A DNA stretch of 64,000 nt from Pseudovirgaria hyperparasitica (taxonomy: Eukaryota), in assembly GCA_010093815.1 (NCBI GenBank), contig ML996575.1. One strand, given 5' to 3'. Below are positions 51,401 through 62,900 of the stretch, in pieces (position 1 is the first letter of the stretch; every line of letters begins with the position of its first letter). Position numbers and translations under genes: made by a program. The notes beneath the pieces are model-generated. The model was not told the DNA's origin. It saw only the letters and a program-made list of their open reading frames with translations, and made no database searches.

Positions 51401-52727
51401 AAGGGTTGATAATATCTTATAGGTATAGAGTACAATGGTAGATAGAAAACTCGAAGCACCGTATACAAAGGCGCGAGGAGACCTCGGTGCAACATTTGCC
51501 GTTGACAAGGCCTAGACAGTCCATGGTATGGCACCGGATTTTCCGCACGTAAAGATGAACCAAGTCAAAAACACAAACAAGAGCGACAGACAAGACAAAG
51601 AACAGTCAGTCTATGCGAGCAGTGCAATCCGTGACTCGAAAGTACCACAATCGACCCGCAAAAAGCTGCCTCCGAATCCAAGTCAATGCCATCATCTCTC
51701 TAGCGAGCACGAACGAGACGGACATGCGAGCTCCACTCAAGCCCAATCCAGTCAGCAGGACATGAGGATGACTCTCCACAAGCCCAGAACACTCGGCCCA
51801 GGCAGCAGGGCCCGAATCATGCCCAAAGAACAGTGGCACAGCATGGATCAAGAAAGAGGGCGTAAGAGGGCGCGCTTGCCAGCTCAGCCATAGAGCAATT
51901 CCAAATAACGCGCCCTGATTGGTCGGGTAGAGTATCTCCAGGCGCATCCAAGCCATGGTGAAGCGAAAGCATTACACGGTGCAGACAAGGGTCGCGAGGG
52001 TGCGGAACGGAACTGGGGGGAGTCTTCCGCTACCAGGGTCCGATCAACAACATAGCACAGCACATGTTCGACGTAAGGAAGCCTGACGACCTTCCTGTTG
52101 CGTAAGGTCGGCGACGTCCTATCCCAGCGATGATGACCAGCGTGGTCATCTCTAGGGTAATTGAGATGCCTGAATTCTGCCTGGATGACCTGGAAAGGAA
52201 AGGGGGAAGCAAGGAGCGGTATGCTGGTAATTATAGATGCGGGAGGGCGGGTCTGGGATCTGCGTGAACCGTTGTTTGAAAGAAACGCTACCAGGTCCTA
52301 TCGGCATCAGCAGACATGGCCAGTGTAGGGCACTTTCTCTGCTTCGTGCTGTGTGCTGCGTGGGGGCATGATGAAGGCACGTGTTTTGTTTTCAATATGA
52401 TTCACCGGGGGGCAAGTAGGCGTGCGTGCCACTTTGATGGACAGACACACATACTGTCAGCAAGACACAAGTTTCGGCTCAGTACAGAATGATCTTGTCA
52501 GGGAGCTGGTGAAGCCTGGTCGCTGAGCAGCTCCATCAGATTTGCAGGATCATGGTATGCGTTGTGCGCTGGGGTAAAGGGGGCGACCACAGAGGCCGGC
52601 GCTTGGGAGGACGTGGCCGACGGCGATCGACAGTTGTGATCAAGCAAGAAGCGGTCTGAGTGAGCTCGACAGCAGGGCATTACGTGAACGATCAAGGTGT
52701 AAGACGGTAGAAAATATTGTCGGTGTT

Positions 52728-54451
52728 CTAGGACATCATCCATGCAGGCCTGCATAATCGGTCAGCGGAGTGACGATACATGTACAACCGCAAAAAAGAC
52801 GAGGCGAGATAGCAGGAAGGAGCCGTTTCCGGAGCCGACGATGCACTATCATAATGATCGATGACAACAGGAAAGGAAGAAGAGGAATTCAGTGAGCAAG
52901 TAAGTGGACGCGCAGACTATTGTTTCATACACGGCCGGGACAGGGTGGTGGAGGCTGTGAGGCACAGTCGGATCTAGTGAGTGCAAGCCGATGGCAGACA
53001 TGGGAAGGCATCAGACAGAGCAAGTGTAAACAGACACACAGTGACGGAAATAGAGACGGTGATGTTGATTGAAGATCGGAGATGAATGGATGGTGACTTG
53101 ACGTGACACTGATGACAACAAACATTCGTTCTCGTTCCAATGCCAGCAAGTCCCTAGTTTCCACCTACAGGCCCATAGTCCGAAGCACGGGCCCGGCAGA
53201 TCTGAGCACGCACTACCCCGCAGATGGGTACACCCCATACTAATCCACCAAGCCCCTGCTATCAGTATCAACAAGATGTCAATAGTGACATTCACTTCGG
53301 CGTATACGAGTCGACGGAAGCACCAATGCGCGTCTCAATCATCGACTATCGCCTGCTCTACTACAAGCTTCTACCCTGCACTTCAGCCAACTTATCTAAA
53401 TCATAGTACCTAGCTATTTGCTATCAATATCAGTCATCGCAATGCTAAGCATGCGGGGGCCTAGTAAACGGTGGCTGTGCTCATGGTGCTCAACGTCAAA
53501 CGTCGATGATAGACGAGCCCTAAGGTAAGGCATGAAGAATCCATCTCCTCTCTCCACTCTCCACTCTCACTTCTCCACAACACCAAAGACCCGAATCATG
53601 CTCTCACTCAACACGACGCGACACGACACGACACAAAACAACAGCACATCACGGCTACTTGCAGCCCCAGCCCCACACCGTCACACCCAATGCAGCCGGT
53701 GAGGATGGCGGAAAACGGAAGCGGAAGCGGAGGCCGGCCCCAAGGACGCGGACATGGACGCTGATTAGATGAGATACTGCTTCCTGCATGCTCTCGATGT
53801 GTATCCTGGCTGATGCTAGCTTGGGCTCTGTGTGCGGCTTAGACGGACAGATAGACAGATAGACGAATCCAACCAACACCCATACAAGCATGTGAAATCT
53901 GCATTTGCATCTCCATCTGCACCATACCACACGCCATGCAAGGCAATGCACGTCTCCAAAATTGGAACTCGACGGTGTCATGTGGGTGTCGTCGTGCAGT
54001 CGCCGTCGTCGCAAGATCAGCGCCAGCGACGGGACGGGACGACTTGCTGAAGCTGATGCTGATGCTGATGATGAGCATTTTGATGCCTCGATCCGTGGTG
54101 AACACTGAGCATACACATGGATGGTATCACCTACCTTGCGGAGATGCATGGAGAAACCTACGCAATAGCAATCAGAAGAGCCTCCAAAACTGCATCTCGA
54201 CCCAACAACTGAGACAGACAGACGTGCGCAAGAACAACGGCGTCCGGCAAGCTCCTCCGACTGGCGCTCGTCACTGCGGCATGAAGCGCGCGCGCACAAA
54301 CGCGAAGCCAGCAAGCAAGCATGGTGACTCTCATTTCCCGCACACGCAGGATAGCAAACCTTCTTCGCAACGACTTTTCTGACTAATGATTGGCTTGTTA
54401 GGACGAGCGCCACACAAAACGCAGGAACCGGCTCCGGGAAGGTTACGGCAT
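52728..54451 (-). CDS. Candidate 4-exon micropeptide gene, 22 aa: MPKVVAKKVSPCISARPAWMMS
   Basis: Coding pieces 54451-54447, 54378-54360, 54157-54135 and 52749-52728. Introns GTAACC..CTAAC..CAG (68 nt), GTTTGC..CTGAT..TAG (202 nt) and GTAGGT..GCTGAC..CAG (1385 nt). CT-rich leader upstream and U-rich 3' end near 51.0 kb. Manual model, no expression data. Confidence 0.5.
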
Positions 54452-56101
54452 TCTAGGGGGGTGATAGGGGAATATGGTGATCCTACAGCGTCTACTAATC
54501 AATTCACTGCCGATCGCGGGTTCTTTGGGGAGGGGGGGTATGCTGGCTATTATAGAGCAGAACGGCGAGGGCTGAATACTGGAGATGGTACTGCGTGGAT
54601 GATGTTTATTGTCGAACTTGATGAGAAGGTTGAAGGAAAAGGGAGAGAGGCCGAGAGGGGGGGGGGTAGGTTTGCTTGGCAGGATGAAGAGACAGACTAA
54701 GGCACGAGTGCGGCGCAGTTCACAACTAGGAACATTAATCACTAGCCATGCTTCGGCGGCAAAGGGAGGGATCTAGGATGGGCCCGCTCCGTGTTGTGTG
54801 CTGTCGGGTCTGGCAGCCTAGGGAAGGGGGGGTGCTCGACGTTGGCATAGATTGACTGGCATGCGTGAACCTCATGATGATACATGCGGGCGGCCGTAGA
54901 TGGAGAGAAAACCAGCCACAATGGCTAGAGAAAGCAAAGAGGGCCAGGATAACCTCTGTAAGTGATCCACAACATCTGGGGTGGGTTCTGCCAGTCTGGA
55001 ATTACTCAACATGGAGAACGGCAATCATGCCATCAATTTCCTTTCGTCCCACAGCAGATCGGTGATGTTCATGGGCAAATATCAGTGCGGTTTGAGTATT
55101 AGCCATCGCAAAAACGAACATCCAAGCACTAAAAATTAACACATCGCAATACCAGACTTCTTCACAGCTCTCATTACTAGTCACCCAATCAGCACCTACA
55201 TGAATGTGCAAGCACGGGCCGCATGGCGAGCGCGGGCACGACGTTGCGGCGCACGATAGCCGTTTCCTTTAGTGCCTCGCTTCCCCATGGCCTCTTGACT
55301 AGGTGAATCGACAGGGTAGTGGTTTTATTATAGGGTCACACACTGTCCCGGGGATCCAGCTATTCGCTCCTGCACGTTGCCGACTGAGCGGTACGCCGCA
55401 CTACAGGACGTCAGAGTAAAGCAGCCCATACAGGCGTCAGGCAGGGAGCCTGTCCTCTCTCCATCAGCAGACGATACAGAGTGTGACGGACCTGGGAAGA
55501 TCCGATAGATTGCCTACTATCGTGAATCTCGCGTCACGCCATCGGGACCTGAAGATGAGACGTGTGGAGAGAGGTCTTTTAAAGTGTTTAGGTAGGGATA
55601 ATGACGAGGATAGAATATTGATTTGTGCAACTCTCCCCGTGACAGCATTGTCTCCTTTACAGGAGGCAAGTCATATTACATTGTACATTGACAACAACCA
55701 CGAAGTTTTCCTAGCCAAACATAGCTCCGTCATTTACAGTACTAAATGAGTGGTTGATGCTTCTCGTTGGAGACAGCTATATGACAGTACCGAAAAAAGT
55801 ATGTTAAGTTGCGGATAAGAATGTGGCAAATGTGCTGTCAGCCGTAAAGAATAAAAAGTGAGATCTATGTCGATCGGGGTATAGGAAAAAAGGGTTATAT
55901 AGTGGTAAAGTGAAAGCCTCATTGGGTGTCCCACCCAGGTCGTTGCCCGACGTAGGTACCCGTTCAAACCAGCCATTGTAGGTGCTAGTCGGTCATCTAT
56001 AACCGTCGTGTCGTCGTAAATGCGATGCTCAAAACAGGCAGAACAAGGAGAAATGGTACCGAAATATGATAGAGAAAAAAAGTATGGGCGCGTAGCCTTC
56101 A

Positions 56102-57628
56102 CTAGGCGTCTCCGTGATCTTCTTCGCCATCGGCATCAGCGTCAGACTCACTTTCTTCGTCGTCAAGCTCTTCTCTCCTGGTAATTCCATCCCCAAGCAC
56201 CCAGCTATTGCCACGTCGCTCGACCAAACCCTCCTCTTCCAGGTACTTCTCAAGTCTGGCGTCAGGCCGCCATCCTGTGGGGTCTTTGCCGAGCGTTCTG
56301 TCTTCCTCGAGATGTTTACCCACGTGCTCCATGCGTTTCTCCCAGGAGCCTTCACCCTGGAATGTGGTAGAGCAGAAGAGGCATTCCGAACACTCTGGCT
56401 GCCTGCGCACTGTACTATGGCAGCGCTCTTGGTGCTGCCCCATAGTCTCGTCTGTGACTGGAGGAATTCCGCTTTCCTTAGTTGGAACGACGCCGTTCTT
56501 AGTACCTTCGCGGTGCATTCGGCGTAGATGTTGCGTGAATAGATCCTTCCTGTTGAAGTCGTTGTAACGTTCCATGCCATCAACGATGCCGACAATGCAA
56601 ATGTCGCAGCGCCAATTGTTGGCCTGTATGTGCTTTGTGGCGACGTGACGCTTCCACTCGTTCTTGGTCGGAAAGGTTGCTTTACAGCCATACTTGTAAA
56701 GGCAGCAAGTGAATGGCTTGGGCTTTAGGTCGCTCGGGGTAGGTGTACGCCGCTTCCGCTTGTGCCCAGCACTGGTCTGGACATCTCTTTTTCTGCCTGC
56801 AGGAGAGCGAGTAGTTGAGTTTGTAGGTCTCGAAAGTGTGCTCCCACTACTTGTTTGAGATCCGCCACGCCTGCGAAACGTTGCTTGCCTCTTTCGAGGG
56901 GTATATTCCTTGTCATCCTCTGAACTAGATTCCTTCTCCGACGCGTAAATGACAGACTCTGCGTCACGAATGGACTCGCCCACTCCAGAGTCCTCGCGAT
57001 CTGGCACGTACCTAAGATCGAGATCGTATTCGTATGATTCAGCCTTGTATGTGAGTGGGTGTGTTCCATTACTAAAGTCGTCCAGACATTCAACGTTCAC
57101 AGGAACGTCTTGCTCGTCCGCAACGCGCTGGATTTGGTTGAGAGCAATGACAGAATCTCCACCGCCACACCTCCACTTTGAGACATGCTCTTCGTACTTG
57201 TAGAGGTGCTGATGCGATAAATTTTGCGGTAGCTGCGTAGCTGAACTTCCGTATGAGTATGAGACAATATGTATGCGCGGCGATATCTCCCCTGGAGCAT
57301 GTGGGCTGGAACTGCTAGAAAATATCGAGCTATCGGGCGACTCTTGGCGTTGAAATTCGTCAACTGATCCTGGCCATGGTGCATTAATTGCTGTCTCGTG
57401 AGGCTCTTCACAGTATGGAGCTGGCATTAATTGCTGTCTGCTGGGGCAGGATTGATAGAAATCAATCAATGGTGCCACTTGTTCGAAGCTGGAGTGTGGC
57501 AAAATGTCATGATTGTCGATATTGATTGATCTGTAATATGCATACTGCTCCTGGGTGTAGATTTCGGTGTCCCGACTGGACCATGGTGCGTTTGTTATCG
57601 AGATTTCATGAGGGCTTACATAGGCCAT
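56102..57628 (-). CDS. C2H2 zinc-finger transcription factor (fungal)
   Basis: 508-aa ORF with a basic NLS-like stretch and fingers CCLYKYGC..FPTKNEWKRHVATKH, CDIC..FNRKDLFTQHLRRMH and CLFC..SWEKRMEHVGKH. Confidence 0.9.
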   Translation of the reverse strand: MAYVSPHEISITNAPWSSRDTEIYTQEQYAYYRSINIDNHDILPHSSFEQVAPLIDFYQSCPSRQQLMPAPYCEEPHETAINAPWPGSVDEFQRQESPDSSIFSSSSSPHAPGEISPRIHIVSYSYGSSATQLPQNLSHQHLYKYEEHVSKWRCGGGDSVIALNQIQRVADEQDVPVNVECLDDFSNGTHPLTYKAESYEYDLDLRYVPDREDSGVGESIRDAESVIYASEKESSSEDDKEYTPRKRQATFRRRGGSQTSSGSTLSRPTNSTTRSPAGRKRDVQTSAGHKRKRRTPTPSDLKPKPFTCCLYKYGCKATFPTKNEWKRHVATKHIQANNWRCDICIVGIVDGMERYNDFNRKDLFTQHLRRMHREGTKNGVVPTKESGIPPVTDETMGQHQERCHSTVRRQPECSECLFCSTTFQGEGSWEKRMEHVGKHLEEDRTLGKDPTGWRPDARLEKYLEEEGLVERRGNSWVLGDGITRREELDDEESESDADADGEEDHGDA

Positions 57629-59176
57629 GGCTTAAGTGCAAGCTGTCGGAAGCTCTTTGTTAAACTGAATGCCTGAAGGCGTCGTATTGACGTCGGAATA
57701 GTTAGACGGCTGTCGACAAAGACAGTCGTTCTGCTAGGAATGAGAAGGCCTAATAGGAGGTTTGGTATATATGGTGCTGTATATAGGTGCCTGAAACTCA
57801 ACTGACCGGGTCAGGCGACCTATGCTTGTTAAATGGTAGGAGAGCTACCCAAAGGTTTCGTGGGGGTAAGGTGTGCTTAGTGAAAGAAGGCAGAAAGCTA
57901 AAACGAGGCGAAGTAAGGGGTCAGAATCGCGGGCATACAAGACCTGATGCAATATATGCAGTGTGTATGCTGCGCCAGTAGAGGTGGAGATCGATGTCGT
58001 AGGAGCCTGGTGGGTGCCCGGTGGTTACCATATAACATTAAGCAACAACAGGCCCGAGGGACGACGTCCAGTCTCGCAGAGCCTCACACAAGAGCACACA
58101 AGTCAGGGCAGGCTTGGTATGAATGCATCCGTTAGGGACTCGAGCAAGCCAGGCCATAGACCCCTGCTCTAGATGCCTCCGGTCAAGAGGGAGTGGCTTG
58201 TGCGCCTACCTCAAACACCTGCATACGACTTCTGTGCGTGCTAGGTATGCCCACCAGAGCGGGAGCTGTCGTGATGATCGGGCGCCAATCGATCATGGCA
58301 CTCCGAAGGTCAACTGAGAGGTAGCTTAGAGCAGAAACAAAAGGATTTCCTTGCTGAATCGAGAGTATGGAGCTGGAGTCTTGGTATCCCATCATAGGAA
58401 AGGACACACACTAGTAATTTCCTTCAGTGTGTGTGTGGCTTCATCCAAGTCGGATGAGCCCACAGCAAGGCAAAGACTATGACGGCTCTGTTCGACCCCA
58501 ATGTAACGGGTAGTAGGGTACCTAGTGAGGATGGATTGCTATGGGCACGCGAGTCAGTCGTGGATACTAGGGTGTGGGTATGGGTGTGGTTCTGGGATCT
58601 GCATGTTTCGACGGCAATATAGCAACCTCGTGATCTGTGCGCGATACATGCGCATCCCCAAGATGCGCCGCACCACAAGTCCGTCTGTGATAGTGATGAG
58701 CCGAAAAATACATCTCAAACGCCATATCTGGAAGGTGGCTTGACATGTTTCAGGAGCTGAAGAGAAGCCAACATGTCAAGTGCGGCACAGCAGAATAGGC
58801 ACACGGACGAGCGAGCATGTGCTAAATTGAGGACCAGACGCGAAGAGAGAGCGAGAGAGAGAGTAAATGCGGAAAAGCATCAACATGACGGTGGGTGTTG
58901 AGGTAGTGTGTGGAGTGATTGGATAGGTGATTGGATACACCGTCAGGCTGGAAATGGTATGGTCTATGAGACTGATCGGTCAGGACAACCAGCCGTGTGC
59001 AGTCAGCAAATGGGCGGCAGTGAAAGAGTGTCTGCAATCTCGCGCCATACGAATTTCGCTTGGGGCCATAAAGCATGAGAGCTGGAGAATGGGTGAGGGC
59101 ACTCCCCGTCCGAGCTATACAGAACTAGGAACCGATCGCCAGGTAAGAGTTGCTTGTCATAATAGCGGAGATGTAT

Positions 59177-59248
59177 GGGTGGGTACTTTTGGGGGGGGGG
59201 GGGGGTACTTTGGGGGGGTATGTGTGTGGTGGGTGTGTGGGAGGGGGG
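59177..59248 (+). repeat. G-run cluster including G15, potential G-quadruplex
   Basis: gggtgggtactttt-G15-tacttt-G7-...gggtgtgtgggagggggg: more than four G3+ runs with short loops. Confidence 0.7.
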
Positions 59249-60759
59249 TTGGAGTCAATAATGGGGAGAGGGTTTGGAAGAGGTCTATGTGGTGTGTTGA
59301 CGTCTCCAAGAATAGCGACAGACCTTCGGCCGAATTAGTGCCGACGCTTTTATTCTACGGGGGCGGGACTGCCGCATGCGCTAGCTAATCCAGATCCCGC
59401 CTGGCTGCCGAACATACATACATACATAGCATAGTAGTGATTCAGGAGTCTGGCTTTGCCAGGTTGGTCGTCTCGGAGTCGGAACGGCGCGTCCTCTCCC
59501 TCTCTCCCTCTGCGGGGATTTCGTGGGGACTCGGGACAAGACTTGGTAATTAGTAGTCATCACTATTCAAGCCTCGTCACAATTACTACTGCTAATACTC
59601 CTCACGCCACACTCCTTGCTTCTCCTTCTGCTGTGCCGCTTTGGGCGAGGCAGTGCAGCAGGGCTTCTACGACGGCATTGGTGAGCGCCAGTGTCTGTCT
59701 CTCGGTACCTAAGGACCTTATTCAATACAGTGTAGTGAATACAGCGTCATACAATCTAGCCTTATTCATCATCAGTACACGCCTTGTCCTCGGAGCTATC
59801 TCTACACTCAGTTAGTGGTATCACATCCAAAGAGATGGTACGCAGCCTGGCTCCGTGAAGCCAGCTATTTATATGCAACTATCACCTCTGTGGCGTTCTC
59901 GTTGATTCATTTTGCATACTTGTGAATTACTTAGCTTATAGTCAACTATCTGATCTTACTATGGCTAGGTTTGACCTATTAAAAGGTTTCTTCAAACTTC
60001 AAAAGCAGGGTGACTGCATGAAAAGCTTTTAGCGATAGCATCAGTACACGGATCTCGTCATATCCCTTGTGTGATATCTATTTTGGCGTGTGAGCGAGAT
60101 GCACACCGTGGGGAACGTACTAGATGAGTGCTCATTTTCGGTCTTCGTATCCTTGGGCGTCAAACGGCAATATTTTATTCGAAGATATATTTAGTCATGT
60201 TCTGATCTTGCATGAATTAAATGGTCAGAGAATGGCCTTGACAGGTACGCACGCACAATTCAGCTAGATTTAACAGCAGCATAAGTCTTGAATGAAGACA
60301 TGATAGCGTTGTCGACATAAGCGCCCGTGAGGTGGGTATGTACTCCAATGAACCTATGCTCATGAGAGTCAACGCATGTGCTTCCAAAATCGATCATCGA
60401 TTCATCACTTTGTGCACGATTTCGTAACCTACGAAGCTTATCAGCCTCTCAGATGCTTCTAGGCTCGATGCTATGTACACCGAAATAGCCATGGCCGCAA
60501 ACATGACCCTTTATTCCTCTTGCTCTCGATCTTTCCGCCTCCGAGTTGTTCAGCTTGTCAGAGATACCTAGCCTGATGAACGTATTCATCGAAGAAATAG
60601 ATTATAGAATCTATCTCTAGTGAGGCACAGATCATCTGCATCTGTCTACCACACGTGCGCAGTAGAGGGTCAAATGGTAGACAGATTGAGCCCACAACGC
60701 ACTCAGCGCTTGCTTTTCCCATCTCATTCCTCTCAAAGTAACGGGACTCCGTCGTTGAC

Positions 60760-61850
60760 ATCATACGGGAATCCGTCGATGGCAGAGCAGATCGCGCCCA
60801 AGTGCTTCGGCATTTATCCATCATAGTCGTTCTTGGTGAACTTACATGCGAACCATTTCTCTTTCCTTTGAATGGTATGAAGTCGAAGGTGCGGATAGGG
60901 TAGCGGTAATGGGTAGTGTCTACTCCTTTGATCAATGGGTAATGGCTGCAGATTCTCACTGATCGGCTGTCGTGGGAGATCGGGAAGGCCTGGATTTTCC
61001 GGTGGAACACTTGACGTAGATGAAAAGCTTGATCATAGCCCTTACTGCAAGAGTCGTACCTTGAGTCTTCTGCCGGTCTGTGGCATCAAATGCTGTATCG
61101 CCGCATCTGGATTCTCACGACAGAAACTGTAAATACATATATTACGTGGCCATGAAGAAGGATCGGTCGCCAATGAAAGGGGAAATATTGTCAAGTGGAT
61201 CTTCTGTAGATGTCTCTCTTTTGAATTCCACTCGGTAGCCAGGCTCAGACGAATGCCAATCCAGGAGATGGCGGTACTCCAGCTTTCATTCACACTTTCA
61301 ATGAGATATTTGAGTCTGGCGCTATCAGTAGCCAGAGTCTGGGCTGATTGAAAGACTAATCAACGATATCTTGAGTCATTCTTGCTTCATTTCGGCAACT
61401 ATCATGTCGCAAGTTTTGCTCAATATATATCATTGTCAAATAGCGGACTCTGGAGGAAGATTTGCCCGTCCATAGCAAGGTCTGGTAAAGATGTTTGCTA
61501 TCTACTATAATTCTCTCTTTATCCGTACCTAAGCCATTGGGCATAGAATTGCCCTTGATTCTAAGTAGGAGCTTATGATCTGAGTCCTGATGTGGTGCCG
61601 CATTCTCCTCTCTCAGCATTTGGTCGCTTGGTGTACTGGAACTCGCCGTGAAGGAGGCCGACTTCGATCGCTTATGCCGAGGGAAAGGGTTTGACTGCCT
61701 CCTTACAGGCCGATAACTTATTGTGTTGGGCTCAAGATATTTCTTTGGCCATGTTCGTTCTTTCCCTCAGTACGATGGGCTCAGATAGGGTGATCCCGTC
61801 GCAAGATTATGCTTCTCGACGGTCTAGCGTACCAACGGTGGAGTCTGGAG
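60760..61850 (-). pseudogene. Degraded copy of a widespread uncharacterised Pezizomycotina family (recalled as DUF7924-like; name unverified)
   Basis: Collinear fragments in three frames: WPKKYLE...TPSDQMLREENAAP, RNEARMTQDI, SVNESW, SFFMAT*YMYLQFLS*ESRCG..DRQKTQGTTLAVRAMIKLF, IQAFPISHDSRSVRICSHYPLI..YRYPIRTFDF, KEKWFACKFTKNDYDG*MPKHLGAICSAIDGFP. Multiple stops and frameshifts. Confidence 0.8.
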
Positions 61851-62559
61851 ACACCCGTGGCTGATTTTTGAGAGACACGTTTAGGTGTTCATCGTTGAGC
61901 GGAGTTTCTGCTCTACAGGATTGCTCCCGGTCCTTGGATGGCAGAGCACTCACTCTGCTCAACAGAAGTTAGCTTGACCTCGCAGTAACAGGATGGCAGA
62001 ATCAGTTACATGCCTCTCTGCACAAAGTCCTGTTCGCCGACGGAGATCGGTGGTGCTCGGTGGTGCTCGGTGTTTTCACTGCATTCTAGGCTCATACGTG
62101 CGCTTTCGCGAACAGGCCCTCTGCGAGTTTGCTTTGCTAACGCCTTGAGTACTTGTCGATATCAACAAGGCAGCGGGCGGCATTCGGTCATGGAGGCTGC
62201 GTAAGATGCAACTTAGTGTGGCTTGTGAACATCTAATCTTTCGTAATGATAGACGGGCCTTTTACGATCTTAGCACTCATTATGAATTGCGATAGATAGT
62301 AGAAGATAGGTATAGACAACACTTTTGATATTGGCTCGTAATATGTGTCTAGGAACCAATCTATAATATTTTATTCAACTCATGTACACATGATATAATA
62401 CTATAATGATGATAACATAAAGATAGATGACCACAAGCTTATCGAGAAGATGTTTACACGAACCGTCAGACCAGTACCTGTGGTATTCAGGAGCATGCAA
62501 TGCGTCCATAACCACTACCTTCTATCAGTGATCGCGTGCCATCAGGCCATCGCGATATC

Positions 62560-62900
62560 TGACTGACCCAAAGCGGCGATTCTCTGCCGTCATACCAAGT
62601 CACAACCGATATCCAACGCTTCCCCTAGGGCAACTTGTCCATGATTCCTTTCGCAGAGAGCATTAAAGAAGAGGCTGTGCACGTCCATGATGCAGATTCG
62701 ATCCAACCCTGTTCAGCTGGGCAAGGTGTTGAAGTGCCGATACCAGGTTCTAGGTAATTGATGTCGACTCCGGAACATCCTGGGATAGCCATGTACCGGG
62801 ATTTTTCAAAATGCAAGGTCAAGTTGTGAATGATGCACGGACTGCGGAACGTTGGCAACGGGCGCAATATGAGCAAGGCAACCCATGCAGAATGGATATT
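62560..62900 (-). pseudogene. Possible HET-domain relic
   Basis: Ordered fragments across frames LLILRP...RYMAIPGCSG / IT*NLVSALQHL / WI..ICI / ERNHGQVALG / VVTW echo the HET consensus RLL.L.P...YEALSY.WG...T.NL..AL..L...WIDAICINQ...ERN.QV..M...V.VW. Highly eroded and could be chance. Confidence 0.3.

Noticed and set aside
51528..51956. Overlapping 121-aa (+) and 116-aa (-) ORFs
   Set aside because: No motifs or codon bias evident. More simply explained as 3'UTR of the candidate micropeptide transcript, though not excluded.
53655..54413. 252-aa minus-strand ORF (GTG start)
   Set aside because: Cys/Arg-rich, repeat-derived composition. It runs through predicted introns, and only the KVVAKK microexon part is credible.
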